A program made the translations under genes and the position numbers. From contig JAXDQU010000124.1 of the NCBI GenBank assembly GCA_034667685.1, positions 32,488-96,487 on the forward strand: a stretch of DNA of 64,000 bases. The letters run 5' to 3'. Source of the DNA: Thermoplasmata archaeon (lineage in GTDB: Archaea > Thermoplasmatota > SW-10-69-26 > JACQPN01 > JAJPHT01). Positions within the stretch are counted from its first letter, which is position 1, and the number at the start of each line of letters is the position of its first letter. The notes below the pieces were generated by a model, which made no database searches, had not been told where the DNA came from, and saw only the letters and a program-made list of their open reading frames with translations. Below are positions 1 through 8,766 of this stretch, in pieces.

Positions 1-291
1 CATGCCCTTCGCGAGCAGCAGCGGCGGCGTCTGCGCCAGGAGCTTGTGCTTCAGGCCGTGCGGCGGCGCGACGAGCGCCTCCAGGCTGATATCAGGCGGG
101 ATGCGGCCGCGCAGGGCGAAGTCGCCCACGTGCGTGTGCGCGTTGACGAGCGAGGGCACCAGCACGCCGGTCACGTCCGCGGGCTGGGGCGGCGCGCCGC
201 AGCCCACGCGCGCCAGGCGCCCCGCCTCCACGCCGACCCACCCCTCGACGAACTTACCCTCCTCCCAGCGCGGCCCGCGGAAGATCCTCAG
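1..291 (-). CDS. Amidohydrolase family protein, N-terminal part (runs off the window start)
   Basis: Minus frame 291->1 reads LRIFRGPRWEEGKF...LVPSLVNAHTHVGD, the HxH metal motif of the amidohydrolase superfamily. Probable CTG start overlaps the sua5 stop, with GGAGG upstream. Confidence 0.75.
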   Translation of the reverse strand, partial: MRIFRGPRWEEGKFVEGWVGVEAGRLARVGCGAPPQPADVTGVLVPSLVNAHTHVGDFALRGRIPPDISLEALVAPPHGLKHKLLAQTPPLLLAKGM

Positions 292-1253
292 CGCGACCCC
301 TCCGCCGCCTTGCGCAGGCGCTCCATGACGGCGTGCCCCACGCCCTCCTCGGGGATCGCCTCGACCACGATGGCGTCGTACCCCTCCGCGTCGAGGTCGC
401 GCAGGAGCGCGAAGAGCTGCCGCGCCCACGCCTCGGCATCGCGCCGCGAGCCCGGCACGCGCACGTCGGGCCCCACGAGGCCGCTCTCCGCCGCGGCGAC
501 GATGGCGACACGTCCCGGCAGCCCCCCCGCGGCCGCGCGCAGCCCCGCCGAATCTGATAGCACGACGCGGGCGCTTGGCGCGTAGTGCCGGTAGCGCGTG
601 CCGGGCGAGCGCGCGGAGCCCGTCTCGCGCCCGACCTCGCCGAGCGCCTCGCGGATGCGCTCCACGGGCGTGCCGCCGGGCCGGAGCACGACGGGCTTGG
701 GGCCCAGGACCGAGACGACGGTGGACTCGACGCCGACCTGCGCGGGGCCCCCGTCGAGGTAGACCGCGACCGCGTCGCCCAGGTCCTCCCGCGCGTCGGC
801 GACCCGGGTTGGGCTGGGCCGCCCCGAGCGGTTCGCGCTGGGCGCCGCGATCGGCAACCCGCTTTCCGCAAGGAGCGCGCGCGCCGCGGGGTGCGCCGGC
901 ACGCGCAGGGCCACGCTGTCGAGCCCGCCCGCCGTGATATCAGGGACCCGCGGGCCGCGCGGCACCACGAGCGTCAGGGGGCCGGGCCAGAAGGCGCGCG
1001 CGAGCGTCTCGGCGGCCGGGGGCCACGCGCGGGCCAGCGCGCGCGCCGCCGCCAGGTCGGCCACGTGCACGATGAGCGGGTTGTCGGCCGGGCGCCCCTT
1101 CGCCGCGAAGATGCGCGCCACCGCGTCGGGCCGCAGCGCGTCGGCGCCCACGCCGTACACCGTCTCCGTCGGGAACACGACGAGCGCGCCCGCCCGGAGC
1201 GCGTCGGCGGCGAGGCGAATGCCCTCCGCGTCGGGCGCGACGAGACGGCTCAT
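288..1253 (-). CDS. sua5: L-threonylcarbamoyladenylate synthase (Sua5/TsaC with SUA5 C-terminal domain)
   Basis: Motifs VFPTETVYG, KGRPADNPLIVH, APSANRSG and RHYAP. Confidence 0.95.
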   Translation of the reverse strand: MSRLVAPDAEGIRLAADALRAGALVVFPTETVYGVGADALRPDAVARIFAAKGRPADNPLIVHVADLAAARALARAWPPAAETLARAFWPGPLTLVVPRGPRVPDITAGGLDSVALRVPAHPAARALLAESGLPIAAPSANRSGRPSPTRVADAREDLGDAVAVYLDGGPAQVGVESTVVSVLGPKPVVLRPGGTPVERIREALGEVGRETGSARSPGTRYRHYAPSARVVLSDSAGLRAAAGGLPGRVAIVAAAESGLVGPDVRVPGSRRDAEAWARQLFALLRDLDAEGYDAIVVEAIPEEGVGHAVMERLRKAAEGSR

Positions 1254-1313
1254 CGGGCAAACGCACGGGAGATCGGGGGAAAGCCCTTTCGCGGCGTCGC
1301 GCCTCCGCCCCGC

Positions 1314-1892
1314 GTGCACGACGTGACGCTGCGCGGCAAGCGCGTGATCCTGGAGCCGCTCGTCCCCGCGATGGCGGAGGACCTCGCCGCCGCGATCCAG
1401 CCGGGGGACGACGTGTACCGCTGGACCAACACGAACCCGCGCACATCTGAAGAGATGCGCGCGTGGATCGAGGCGCGCGGCACGCCCCGCCCCGGCCTGC
1501 GCAACCTGGCCTTCGCGCAGCGCGACCCGGCCACGGGCCGCCTCGCGGGCAGCACGAGCCTCTTCGACGTGGACGAGAAGGCGGAAAGCGCCGAGATCGG
1601 CCACACGTGGATCGCCGCGCCCTGGCGCCGCACGGGCCTCAACACGGAGGCGAAGCTCCTGCTGCTCACCTACGCGTTCGAGACGCTGCGCCTGAAGCGC
1701 GTGCAGCTCTGCACCGACCTGCGCAACACGCGGAGCCAGGATGCCATCGCGCGCCTCGGCGCGGTCCGCGAGGGCGTGCTGCGCAACTTCCGGCGCAACC
1801 TCGAAGGCGGGCTGCGGGACACCGTGGTCTACAGCGTCATCGCGCAGGAGTGGCCCGCGACGAAGGCGCGCCTCGAAGGGATGCTACGCTGA
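1314..1892 (+). CDS. RimJ/RimL-like GNAT N-acetyltransferase
   Basis: AEIGHTWI...RTGLNTEAKLLLL...NTRSQDAIARLGA..EG.LR; GTG start. Confidence 0.9.
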   Translation: MHDVTLRGKRVILEPLVPAMAEDLAAAIQPGDDVYRWTNTNPRTSEEMRAWIEARGTPRPGLRNLAFAQRDPATGRLAGSTSLFDVDEKAESAEIGHTWIAAPWRRTGLNTEAKLLLLTYAFETLRLKRVQLCTDLRNTRSQDAIARLGAVREGVLRNFRRNLEGGLRDTVVYSVIAQEWPATKARLEGMLR

Positions 1893-2252
1893 GCCGGTAC
1901 GCTTCGCGACCTCGGCCTCGACGGCGCGCAGCGCCTCCGCGAGCTTCGCGGGGTCCTTGGCCGCGTCCTTGAGCTGGCCGCCCCAGGTTTGCAGGTCGGA
2001 GGTGCTAACCTTGCGCACGCCGTTGTCCTTCGCCCACTCCGCCGCGATGAGCCGGCCGACGGACTCGATCTGCGCGCGGGCGGCGGGCGCCCTGGCCACG
2101 AGGTCCTTCTCGCGGTCGGCCCACCCGGCGATCGGCGGGAACTTCTGCCCCTCGTAGAAGCGCGTCACCCACTTGCGGTACTCGTCCCAGCTCTGCTTGC
2201 CCTGGTTCGCCTTGTCGGCGTCGTACTTCGCGCGGAAGAAGGCCTCGTCCAT
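1884..2252 (-). CDS. Hypothetical protein (122 aa)
   Basis: Clean ORF with protein-like composition and GC-rich third positions. Confidence 0.7.
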   Translation of the reverse strand: MDEAFFRAKYDADKANQGKQSWDEYRKWVTRFYEGQKFPPIAGWADREKDLVARAPAARAQIESVGRLIAAEWAKDNGVRKVSTSDLQTWGGQLKDAAKDPAKLAEALRAVEAEVAKRTGSA

Positions 2253-2306
2253 GGCGGCCGCAGGCGCGGGAAATCGCTTAAGGGCTGGCGCGGAATCCCC
2301 GCCCCG

Positions 2307-3152
2307 ATGGTCACGCTGGTCCTCGAAGGCGGCGCCGCCCGGGCCACGTACGGGAGCGGCGTGTGCGACGCCCTGCTGCGCGCGGGGCTCGTGCCCGAGG
2401 CCATCTACGGCACCAGCGCGGGCGCGGCGATCGGCGCGTGGTTCGCCTCCGGCCAGACCGAGGCGGGCATCTCCACGTGGGACGCGATCGGGGAGCGCGA
2501 GCTGCTATCGTTCCGCCGCGCGTTCACGCGCAGGCCCATCATCGACTTCGCGCGCCTCTACGGCCACATGTACCCGAACCGCTTCGGCATGGACGTCGCG
2601 CGCCTCCGCAGCGCGCCTTTCCCGGTGTGGGTCACGCTCACCGACGCCGAGCGCGCCACGTCGCGCTACGTCGACCTGCGCCGCGCGCCCGACCCGTTCA
2701 AGGTGCTCCACGCCACGAGCGCCATGCCCATCATCTCCGAGGCGCCCGTCGTGCTCGAGGATGGCCGGCCCTACGTCGACGGCGGGATGACCGACCCGAT
2801 CCCGCTCGCCAAGGCGCTCGCCGACGGGCACCGCGATATCATCGTGGTCACGAACCGCGTCGAGGGCGACCGGCGCCCGGAGCCGGCCTTCGTCGTCTCG
2901 CTCGTGGGCCGCAGGTTCCCCGCGCTGCGCGCCGCCACCGCGCGCCACCACGCCATCCAGCAGGAGGCGCTCGCCCTGGCCGCCCACCCGCCCGAAGGCG
3001 CGCGCGTCCGGCTCGTGCGCCCCCAGCGCCCGCTGGGCATCTCGCGCCTCACGCGCGACGTGCGCAAGCTCCGCGCCGCGGTCGAGACGGGCCGCGCCGA
3101 CGGCGCCGCGCTCGCGCGCGAGATCGGCCTCCTCCCGAAGGCGGCGCCATGA
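2307..3152 (+). CDS. Patatin-like phospholipase
   Basis: LVLEGGAAR, GTSAG nucleophile elbow and DGG motif. Confidence 0.92.
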   Translation: MVTLVLEGGAARATYGSGVCDALLRAGLVPEAIYGTSAGAAIGAWFASGQTEAGISTWDAIGERELLSFRRAFTRRPIIDFARLYGHMYPNRFGMDVARLRSAPFPVWVTLTDAERATSRYVDLRRAPDPFKVLHATSAMPIISEAPVVLEDGRPYVDGGMTDPIPLAKALADGHRDIIVVTNRVEGDRRPEPAFVVSLVGRRFPALRAATARHHAIQQEALALAAHPPEGARVRLVRPQRPLGISRLTRDVRKLRAAVETGRADGAALAREIGLLPKAAP

Positions 3153-4276
3153 TCGCGGTGCGCGCGCACGCCGCCCTGGGGCTCGCGCTCGCCGCGCTGG
3201 CCGCCGCCTCCGCGCTCGCGGGCTGGCCGATGCCCGACGCGCACGTGGCGCTCTCGCTCGCCGCCGTGACGCTCGTGGCGCAAGCGCTCCTCTTCTGGTA
3301 CCTGCCCAGCTTCGCGAAGCGCGAGCTGATGACGCTCCCCGTCGCGCAGTTCGCGTGCCCGTGGCTCGTCGCCGCGGCCGGCGTCGTGGGCGCGTTCGGC
3401 ATCGGCCCGCCCGCGGCCGCGCTCGCCGCGCTGGGGCTGGGCGCGACGGGCGCGGTCGTGCTCGCCAGCGCGCTGCGCGGCAAGCCCTGGCGTGGCGGCG
3501 TCCCCTTCTGGCGCGCGCCGGGCGACCGGCGCGGGTCCGACGCGGCCGCCGCCCTGGCGCTCCTCTCGGGCCTCGTGGGACTCGTGCTCGCGGCGCTCCT
3601 CTTCGTCGCGTTCCCGTTCCACAGCCCTCCGCCGACGCTCGCGTGGATCGCCGCGCTCGCGATGCTATCGTTCGGCGCGCTGGCGCACTGGCTTCCGCGG
3701 CTGCGCGGCGTCCCGCTCGCCATCCAGCCCTTCCGCCTCGGCGTCCTCGCCTTCGACGTGGGCGCGCTGCTCGCCGTCGCCGCCTTCCTCGCGCCCCCCG
3801 TCGTCGGCCTCGCCGCGGCGTTCCTCCTGGGCGCGGGCCTCGCGCTCGCGCTGGGCGCCCTCGCCCGCCCCGCCGGAAAGGAGCGCGGCCCCCGCGCCCG
3901 TGACGCGGCGCCCTTCCTCCTGGCCGGGGCGCCCCTCGCGCTCGTCGCCGCGCTCCTCGTCGTCGCGGGCTTCCCCGCCAGCGCGCCGCTCGTGGGCGCC
4001 GCCGCCGAGGTCGGGCTCGCCGCGCTCGCGTGCGCCTGGGCCGCGCTCGCCCTCCTCGGGCTCCCCGTCGTGCTCAACAACGTCCCCGAGACGCGCGCCA
4101 CCTGGCCCGCCGCGCTGGGCCTCGCGCTCGCCGGGCTCCTCGCCGGCGCCTCGCAGCTCGTGCCCGTCCCCGAGTGGGCCGCCGGCGCGTGCGCGGCGCT
4201 GGGCGTCATCGCGCTGGGCGTCGCGCTGGCGCCGCTCCGGACGCCGCGCCGCGACTGCCCGCCGCAGGATTCTTGA
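3149..4276 (+). CDS. Polytopic membrane protein of unknown function
   Basis: About 10-12 hydrophobic segments; ATGA overlap with the patatin gene. Confidence 0.75.
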   Translation: MIAVRAHAALGLALAALAAASALAGWPMPDAHVALSLAAVTLVAQALLFWYLPSFAKRELMTLPVAQFACPWLVAAAGVVGAFGIGPPAAALAALGLGATGAVVLASALRGKPWRGGVPFWRAPGDRRGSDAAAALALLSGLVGLVLAALLFVAFPFHSPPPTLAWIAALAMLSFGALAHWLPRLRGVPLAIQPFRLGVLAFDVGALLAVAAFLAPPVVGLAAAFLLGAGLALALGALARPAGKERGPRARDAAPFLLAGAPLALVAALLVVAGFPASAPLVGAAAEVGLAALACAWAALALLGLPVVLNNVPETRATWPAALGLALAGLLAGASQLVPVPEWAAGACAALGVIALGVALAPLRTPRRDCPPQDS

Positions 4277-4299
4277 CGGAGGCCAGGGTAGGAGGCTCC

Positions 4300-4581
4300 G
4301 TGGCCGCGCCCGAGTACAGCGTCCTGGAGCTCTGCAAGAACAGGGCCGGCTACGAGGCGATCCCGAAGACGCGCCTCAAGCTCAAGCTCGCCGACGTCGA
4401 GCGCGACCTCGCCTCCGCCGGCTTCGAGCCGCTCGCCAACGCGGGCATCGTCCTCGTCCTGCGCTGGGAGGACGTCGAGCTCTCCGTCTTCGAATCGGGC
4501 AAGCTCCTCTTCAAGACGCGGGAGATGGACCAGGCGCGCGTCGCGATGGCGGCGTTCAAGGGCGCGATGGGGTGGACTTAG
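4300..4581 (+). CDS. Small conserved hypothetical protein (93 aa)
   Basis: GTG start after GGAGG; VLELCKNRAGYEAIP...ELSVFESGKLLFK. Confidence 0.7.
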   Translation: MAAPEYSVLELCKNRAGYEAIPKTRLKLKLADVERDLASAGFEPLANAGIVLVLRWEDVELSVFESGKLLFKTREMDQARVAMAAFKGAMGWT

Positions 4582-4602
4582 CATGGTTCTCCGTGGGCCG
4601 AC

Positions 4603-4682
4603 CCCCAGGAACACGAAGGCACGAAGACACGAAGACACGAAGCTTGGTGTCTTCGTGTCTTCGTGCCTTCGTGTTCCTGGGG
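4603..4682. repeat. Intergenic hairpin with a perfect 36-bp stem built from 8-nt (ACACGAAG) tandem units
   Basis: 4603-4638 CCCCAGGAACACGAAGGCACGAAGACACGAAGACAC is the exact reverse complement of 4647-4682; 8-nt loop. Confidence 0.95.
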
Positions 4683-4719
4683 TCTGGGGGCAGAGCCCCC
4701 AGCGTGGAGGCAAATCCCC

Positions 4720-5928
4720 ATGATCGGCGAGCAGATCCGGCAGGACTTCCCGCTGCTATCAAAATTGGAGCCGCCGATCTACCTCGACAGCGCGTGCATG
4801 ACGCTGAAGCCGCGCAGCGTGATCGACGCGGTCGTCCGCTACTACGAGGAGACGCCGTTCTGCGCGGGGCGCGCGGTCTACGAGGGCTCGCTCGCCGTCG
4901 AGGAAGCGATGGAAGCGGCCCGGTGCGACCTCGCCGCGCTCCTGGGCGGCCGCCGCGAGGCGACCGTCTTCACCAAGAACGCGACCGAGGCGATCAACCT
5001 CGTCGCGCACGCCTTCCCCTGGCGCCCGGGCGACGTCGTGCTCACCACGGACCGCGAGCACAACAGCAACCTCGTGCCCTGGCAGATGCTATCAAGCCGC
5101 GGCGTCAGGCACGAGGTCGTCCCCTCGCGCGAGGACGGCACGCTCGACCTCGACGCGTGGCGCGGCCGGCTCGCGCGCGGCGACGTCGCGCTGGTGGCGG
5201 CGGTGCACGTCTCGAACCTCGACGGCTACGAGGCGCCCGTCCGCGAGCTGACCGCGATCGCGCACGAGGCCGGCGCGAAGGTCCTGCTGGATGGCGCGCA
5301 GGCCGCGGGCCACCAGCCGGTCGACCTCGGCCGGGTCGGCGCGGACTTCTATGCCGTCTCGCTCCACAAGATGCTCGGACCCACGGGTGTCGGCGCCCTG
5401 CTCGCGCGCCCCGAGGCGCTCGCCGCGCTGGGCCCGTTCATGACCGGCGGCGACACCGTCGCGCGCACCACGTACGAAGGGGCGGACCTGCTCGAAGCGC
5501 CCGCCAAGTTCGAGGCCGGGCTCCAGAACTACGCGGGGCTCGCCGGCAGCGTCGCCGCGCTCGCGTACCTCCGCGGCCTCGGGCCCGAGCGCATCCACGC
5601 GCACGCCTGCGCGCTGATGCGCCGCGCCGCGGAGGGGCTCGCGGGCGCGCCCGGCCTCGCGCTCGTGGGCGCGCCGCTGGAGACGCGCGCGGGCATCGTC
5701 CCCTTCACGCTCGACGAGCAGGATCCGCATACCCTCGCCATCCTCCTGGAGGACAAGCACCGCGTCCTCGTCCGCAGCGGCGACCACTGCCTCCACAGCT
5801 GGTTCAATGCGCGCGGCGTGCCCGGCGCCGTCCGGGCCAGCGTGGGCCCCTACACGACCGCGGCCGAGATCGACGCCTTCGTCGAGGCGACCCGGGGCCT
5901 GCTCCGCCAGCTCGCTCACAAGCGGTGA
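4720..5928 (+). CDS. Cysteine desulfurase (SufS/CsdA-like, aminotransferase class V)
   Basis: YLDSAC, EHNSN, DGAQ, SLHKMLGPTG (PLP lysine) and RSGDHC (catalytic Cys). Confidence 0.9.
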   Translation: MIGEQIRQDFPLLSKLEPPIYLDSACMTLKPRSVIDAVVRYYEETPFCAGRAVYEGSLAVEEAMEAARCDLAALLGGRREATVFTKNATEAINLVAHAFPWRPGDVVLTTDREHNSNLVPWQMLSSRGVRHEVVPSREDGTLDLDAWRGRLARGDVALVAAVHVSNLDGYEAPVRELTAIAHEAGAKVLLDGAQAAGHQPVDLGRVGADFYAVSLHKMLGPTGVGALLARPEALAALGPFMTGGDTVARTTYEGADLLEAPAKFEAGLQNYAGLAGSVAALAYLRGLGPERIHAHACALMRRAAEGLAGAPGLALVGAPLETRAGIVPFTLDEQDPHTLAILLEDKHRVLVRSGDHCLHSWFNARGVPGAVRASVGPYTTAAEIDAFVEATRGLLRQLAHKR

Positions 5929-5978
5929 TCCAGGGGCGTACCTCAACCGGGTTGCCACCCCATGCCGCCGCGGCGGCC

Positions 5979-6290
5979 ATGGATCCGGTCGGTTTCGGGA
6001 CGTTCGGCGAGCGGCGCGGCGAGTTCGACATCCTGGTCGCCATCCTCCGCCTCGCGGCCCAGGGGCACGGCCGCACGCGCATCATGTACGGCGCGAACAT
6101 CAGCCACGCCATGCTCCGGCGCTACCTCGACGGCCTGGAGAGCAAGGGCTTCGTCGCGCGCGACGGGGAGTCCTACGCGCTCACCGCCAAGGGCGAGCAG
6201 CTCCGCCGCGACATGGAGCGCGTGCTGACCCACTTCGAGCGGGCGCCGCGGGACGCGCCCTTCTCGCCGGACGCCAAGGCTGCCCCATAG
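5979..6290 (+). CDS. Archaeal winged-helix DNA-binding protein
   Basis: RRGEFDILVAIL...RTRIMYGANIS...YLDGL..KGFV....Y.LT.KG pattern. Confidence 0.85.
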   Translation: MDPVGFGTFGERRGEFDILVAILRLAAQGHGRTRIMYGANISHAMLRRYLDGLESKGFVARDGESYALTAKGEQLRRDMERVLTHFERAPRDAPFSPDAKAAP

Positions 6291-6349
6291 CTACGCTACG
6301 GCGTGGGCGGAACGTCCCCGGCTTCAGGACGCCCCCTGGCATGGCCGGC

Positions 6350-6613
6350 TCAGAGCATCCGCCAGGGCGTCTTGACGAACGGCCCTTGGCCGTCGCCCGG
6401 GCACTGGTTGCTCACGAAGAAGTAGCACTGGCGGCAGTCCATCAGGTTGCAGCGCGCGCCCAGCACGCCGGCCTCGCGCAGCCGGCCCACGGCGTAGCGC
6501 ACCGTGCGGCCGGGCATGCCCGTCGCCGCCACGAGGTCCTTGTGTGTCAGCGGCCCGGCGCGGGTGAGCGTCTCGAAGACGTGGCGCGCGCTGGGCGGGA
6601 GCCCATCGGGCAT
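6350..6613 (-). CDS. Small MarR-like HTH regulator with a Cys-rich wing
   Basis: LPPSARHVF..L...GPLTHKDL....GMPGRTVRYA..RL, followed by C-NLMD-C-RQ-C...C. Confidence 0.8.
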   Translation of the reverse strand: MPDGLPPSARHVFETLTRAGPLTHKDLVAATGMPGRTVRYAVGRLREAGVLGARCNLMDCRQCYFFVSNQCPGDGQGPFVKTPWRML

Positions 6614-6694
6614 GGCGACCAGGGGCGCGACGTTTGCCACGCTCGTTCGATTCCAGGCCTTGGATATAATGATGATGGGAACCCTGGGGCCACC

Positions 6695-7234
6695 GTGCTG
6701 AGGATCTGGACCATCGGCCACAGCAACCGGACGCCCGAGGCGTTCCTCGACCTGCTCGTCCAGAATGGCATCCAGCGCGTCGTCGACGTGCGGACCCTTC
6801 CCCGCTCGCGGCACAATGCATGGACCAGCGTGGACGCGCTGCCGGGCATCCTGGCGGCGCGCGGCATCTCCCACGCGCACCTTCCCACGCTGGGCGGCCT
6901 GCGCAAGCCGAGGCCCGAGAGCCCCAACGGCGCGTGGCGCAACGAGAGCTTCCGCGGCTACGCGGACCACATGCGCACGCCCGAGTTCGAGGAAGGGCTC
7001 GCCACGCTCCTGCGCGGGGCGGCGCGCGAGCCCACGGCGATCATGTGCGCGGAGGCCGTGCCCTGGCGCTGCCACCGCTCGCTGATCGCGGACGCCCTCC
7101 TGGCGCGCGGCGTCGAGGTGCTTGATATCATCGACGGGCCGGCCAAGCCGCATCGGATGACGCCCTTCGCGCGCGTCGTCGAGGGGCGCGTCACGTACCC
7201 GCCCGCGGGCGGCGAGCAGACGCGGCTCCTCTAG
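6695..7234 (+). CDS. DUF488 family protein
   Basis: IWTIGHSNR, DVRTLPRSR, LGGLRK and MCAEAVPWRCHR. Confidence 0.92.
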   Translation: MLRIWTIGHSNRTPEAFLDLLVQNGIQRVVDVRTLPRSRHNAWTSVDALPGILAARGISHAHLPTLGGLRKPRPESPNGAWRNESFRGYADHMRTPEFEEGLATLLRGAAREPTAIMCAEAVPWRCHRSLIADALLARGVEVLDIIDGPAKPHRMTPFARVVEGRVTYPPAGGEQTRLL

Positions 7235-8766
7235 TCGCGCGGCAGCGGCATGGGCGGCGCCAGGTCGAGCGGCGCCACGTCGCCCTTGCCCGTGAGCGAC
7301 GGTCCGGAGACCTGGACGGCGACGCCCACCTGGCGCTCGCGGCTCTGGCCGCCCACGACGTCCGCGACGTTGCCCGCGCAGCCGTTGCGCGGCACGCAGC
7401 CGTCGGTGAACGCGACGTACCAGCGCCCATCCTTGTCGTGGACCATGTCGATGAAGTCCAGGAGGTTGCGGCAGCCGTGCGGCCCGCCGCCTCCGCCTTC
7501 GAGCCAGATGCAGCCCACCTGCACGGGGTCCTCGTTGGGCGTGACCTGCGTCGTGACGAACGTGGGGCTCGCGGACTCCGCGTCGTCCACGGTGGTCACG
7601 AACAGGTGCCACGCGCTGCCCAGCGTCGCGTTGCTCGGCGAGGCGCCGGGGTCTTGCGGGTCGCGCGTGCCCACGTACGCCATGGCGAGGCGGCCGTCGG
7701 CGCCGCTGGTGATCGCGGTGAACTCGTCGAGCGTCTGGCCGGGCGGCGCGACGCGGAAGCTCTGGCAGGTCTGGAACTTGTCCTTGCTGCGGAGCAGATG
7801 CGTCATCTCGTCGTGGTCGCGGTAGAGCAGATACGCCGTGCCGTCGGGGGTGACGGTGATATCAGCGTCGATCTCGAGCTGGCCGAGCTTGGGGTCGCAT
7901 TGGCGGACGCTCCACGTGACGCCGCCGTCCTCCGAGAGCACGACGGTGAGGGGCCGCTCGCAGCGCGTGCCGCCCAGGTTGCCCAGCACGAGCGCGACGG
8001 TGCCGTCGGGGAACGCGGCCGGGTGGCCGTTGATGTTGCTGCAGAGATGGTCGTTGACGTAGACCTCGCGCTCCAGCGGGAACGACAGCCCGCCATCGAA
8101 GCTCGTCATGCACGAGGTGCCCATGCCGTCGGCCAGCCCGCCCAGGCCCGTGTCGAGCATCTTGTTGACGCACATGTAGACGAGGCTCGGGTACTGGCCG
8201 GGCGCGCGCGGGATCGTCGCGGGCGGCGGCGCCGTCATGACCTTCTGGTGGTCGAGGCCGGGCGTGGCGCAGTCGAGAGGACGCTCCGTCCACGTGTTGC
8301 CATCGTCGTCGCTCCAGCTCATCCACGTGCACAGGAGCGCAGGGTGCATCTGGTTGGCGAAGACGCGGTCCGTGCCGGCGTCCACCCACATCATGGGGTC
8401 TGACGTGCCGAACTGGTCGTCGGTCAGGGGCGCGCCGGGCGTCACGAGATCCTCGACCACCTTCCACGTCTTGCCGTGGTCGGTGCTGCGCCGCACCTGG
8501 TCGAGCGTCGTGACGAAGAGGCTGCCCTTCGACGTCACGCCGACGTTGGGCTCGGCCCCCGTGCCGGGCACGAGCTGCTCGATCCCCTTCACGACGTCGG
8601 CGGGGACCGGGCGCGCGGTGCCGTTGCCATCGTACGCCACGGGCGCCGGCCACGTGTAGGCGGTCGCGGGCTGCGCGACGGAGAGCGGCTGGAGCGGGAG
8701 CGGCGCGCCGCCCAGGCAGCCGGAGAGCAGCAGCGCGAGCGCGAGGACGATCATCCTGTTACTCAA
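7231..8766 (-). CDS. Secreted lipoprotein with BNR/Asp-box repeats (sialidase-fold beta-propeller)
   Basis: Signal peptide with LSGC lipobox; Asp boxes STDHGKTW, SDDDGNTW, SFDGGLSF and SEDGGVTW. Confidence 0.85.
   Translation of the reverse strand: MSNRMIVLALALLLSGCLGGAPLPLQPLSVAQPATAYTWPAPVAYDGNGTARPVPADVVKGIEQLVPGTGAEPNVGVTSKGSLFVTTLDQVRRSTDHGKTWKVVEDLVTPGAPLTDDQFGTSDPMMWVDAGTDRVFANQMHPALLCTWMSWSDDDGNTWTERPLDCATPGLDHQKVMTAPPPATIPRAPGQYPSLVYMCVNKMLDTGLGGLADGMGTSCMTSFDGGLSFPLEREVYVNDHLCSNINGHPAAFPDGTVALVLGNLGGTRCERPLTVVLSEDGGVTWSVRQCDPKLGQLEIDADITVTPDGTAYLLYRDHDEMTHLLRSKDKFQTCQSFRVAPPGQTLDEFTAITSGADGRLAMAYVGTRDPQDPGASPSNATLGSAWHLFVTTVDDAESASPTFVTTQVTPNEDPVQVGCIWLEGGGGGPHGCRNLLDFIDMVHDKDGRWYVAFTDGCVPRNGCAGNVADVVGGQSRERQVGVAVQVSGPSLTGKGDVAPLDLAPPMPLPRD

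Noticed and set aside
4603-4682. Short repeat arrays as possible CRISPR repeats (also 29967-30068 and 32497-32729)
   Set aside because: Units are 6-10 nt with no unique spacers, and there are no cas genes.
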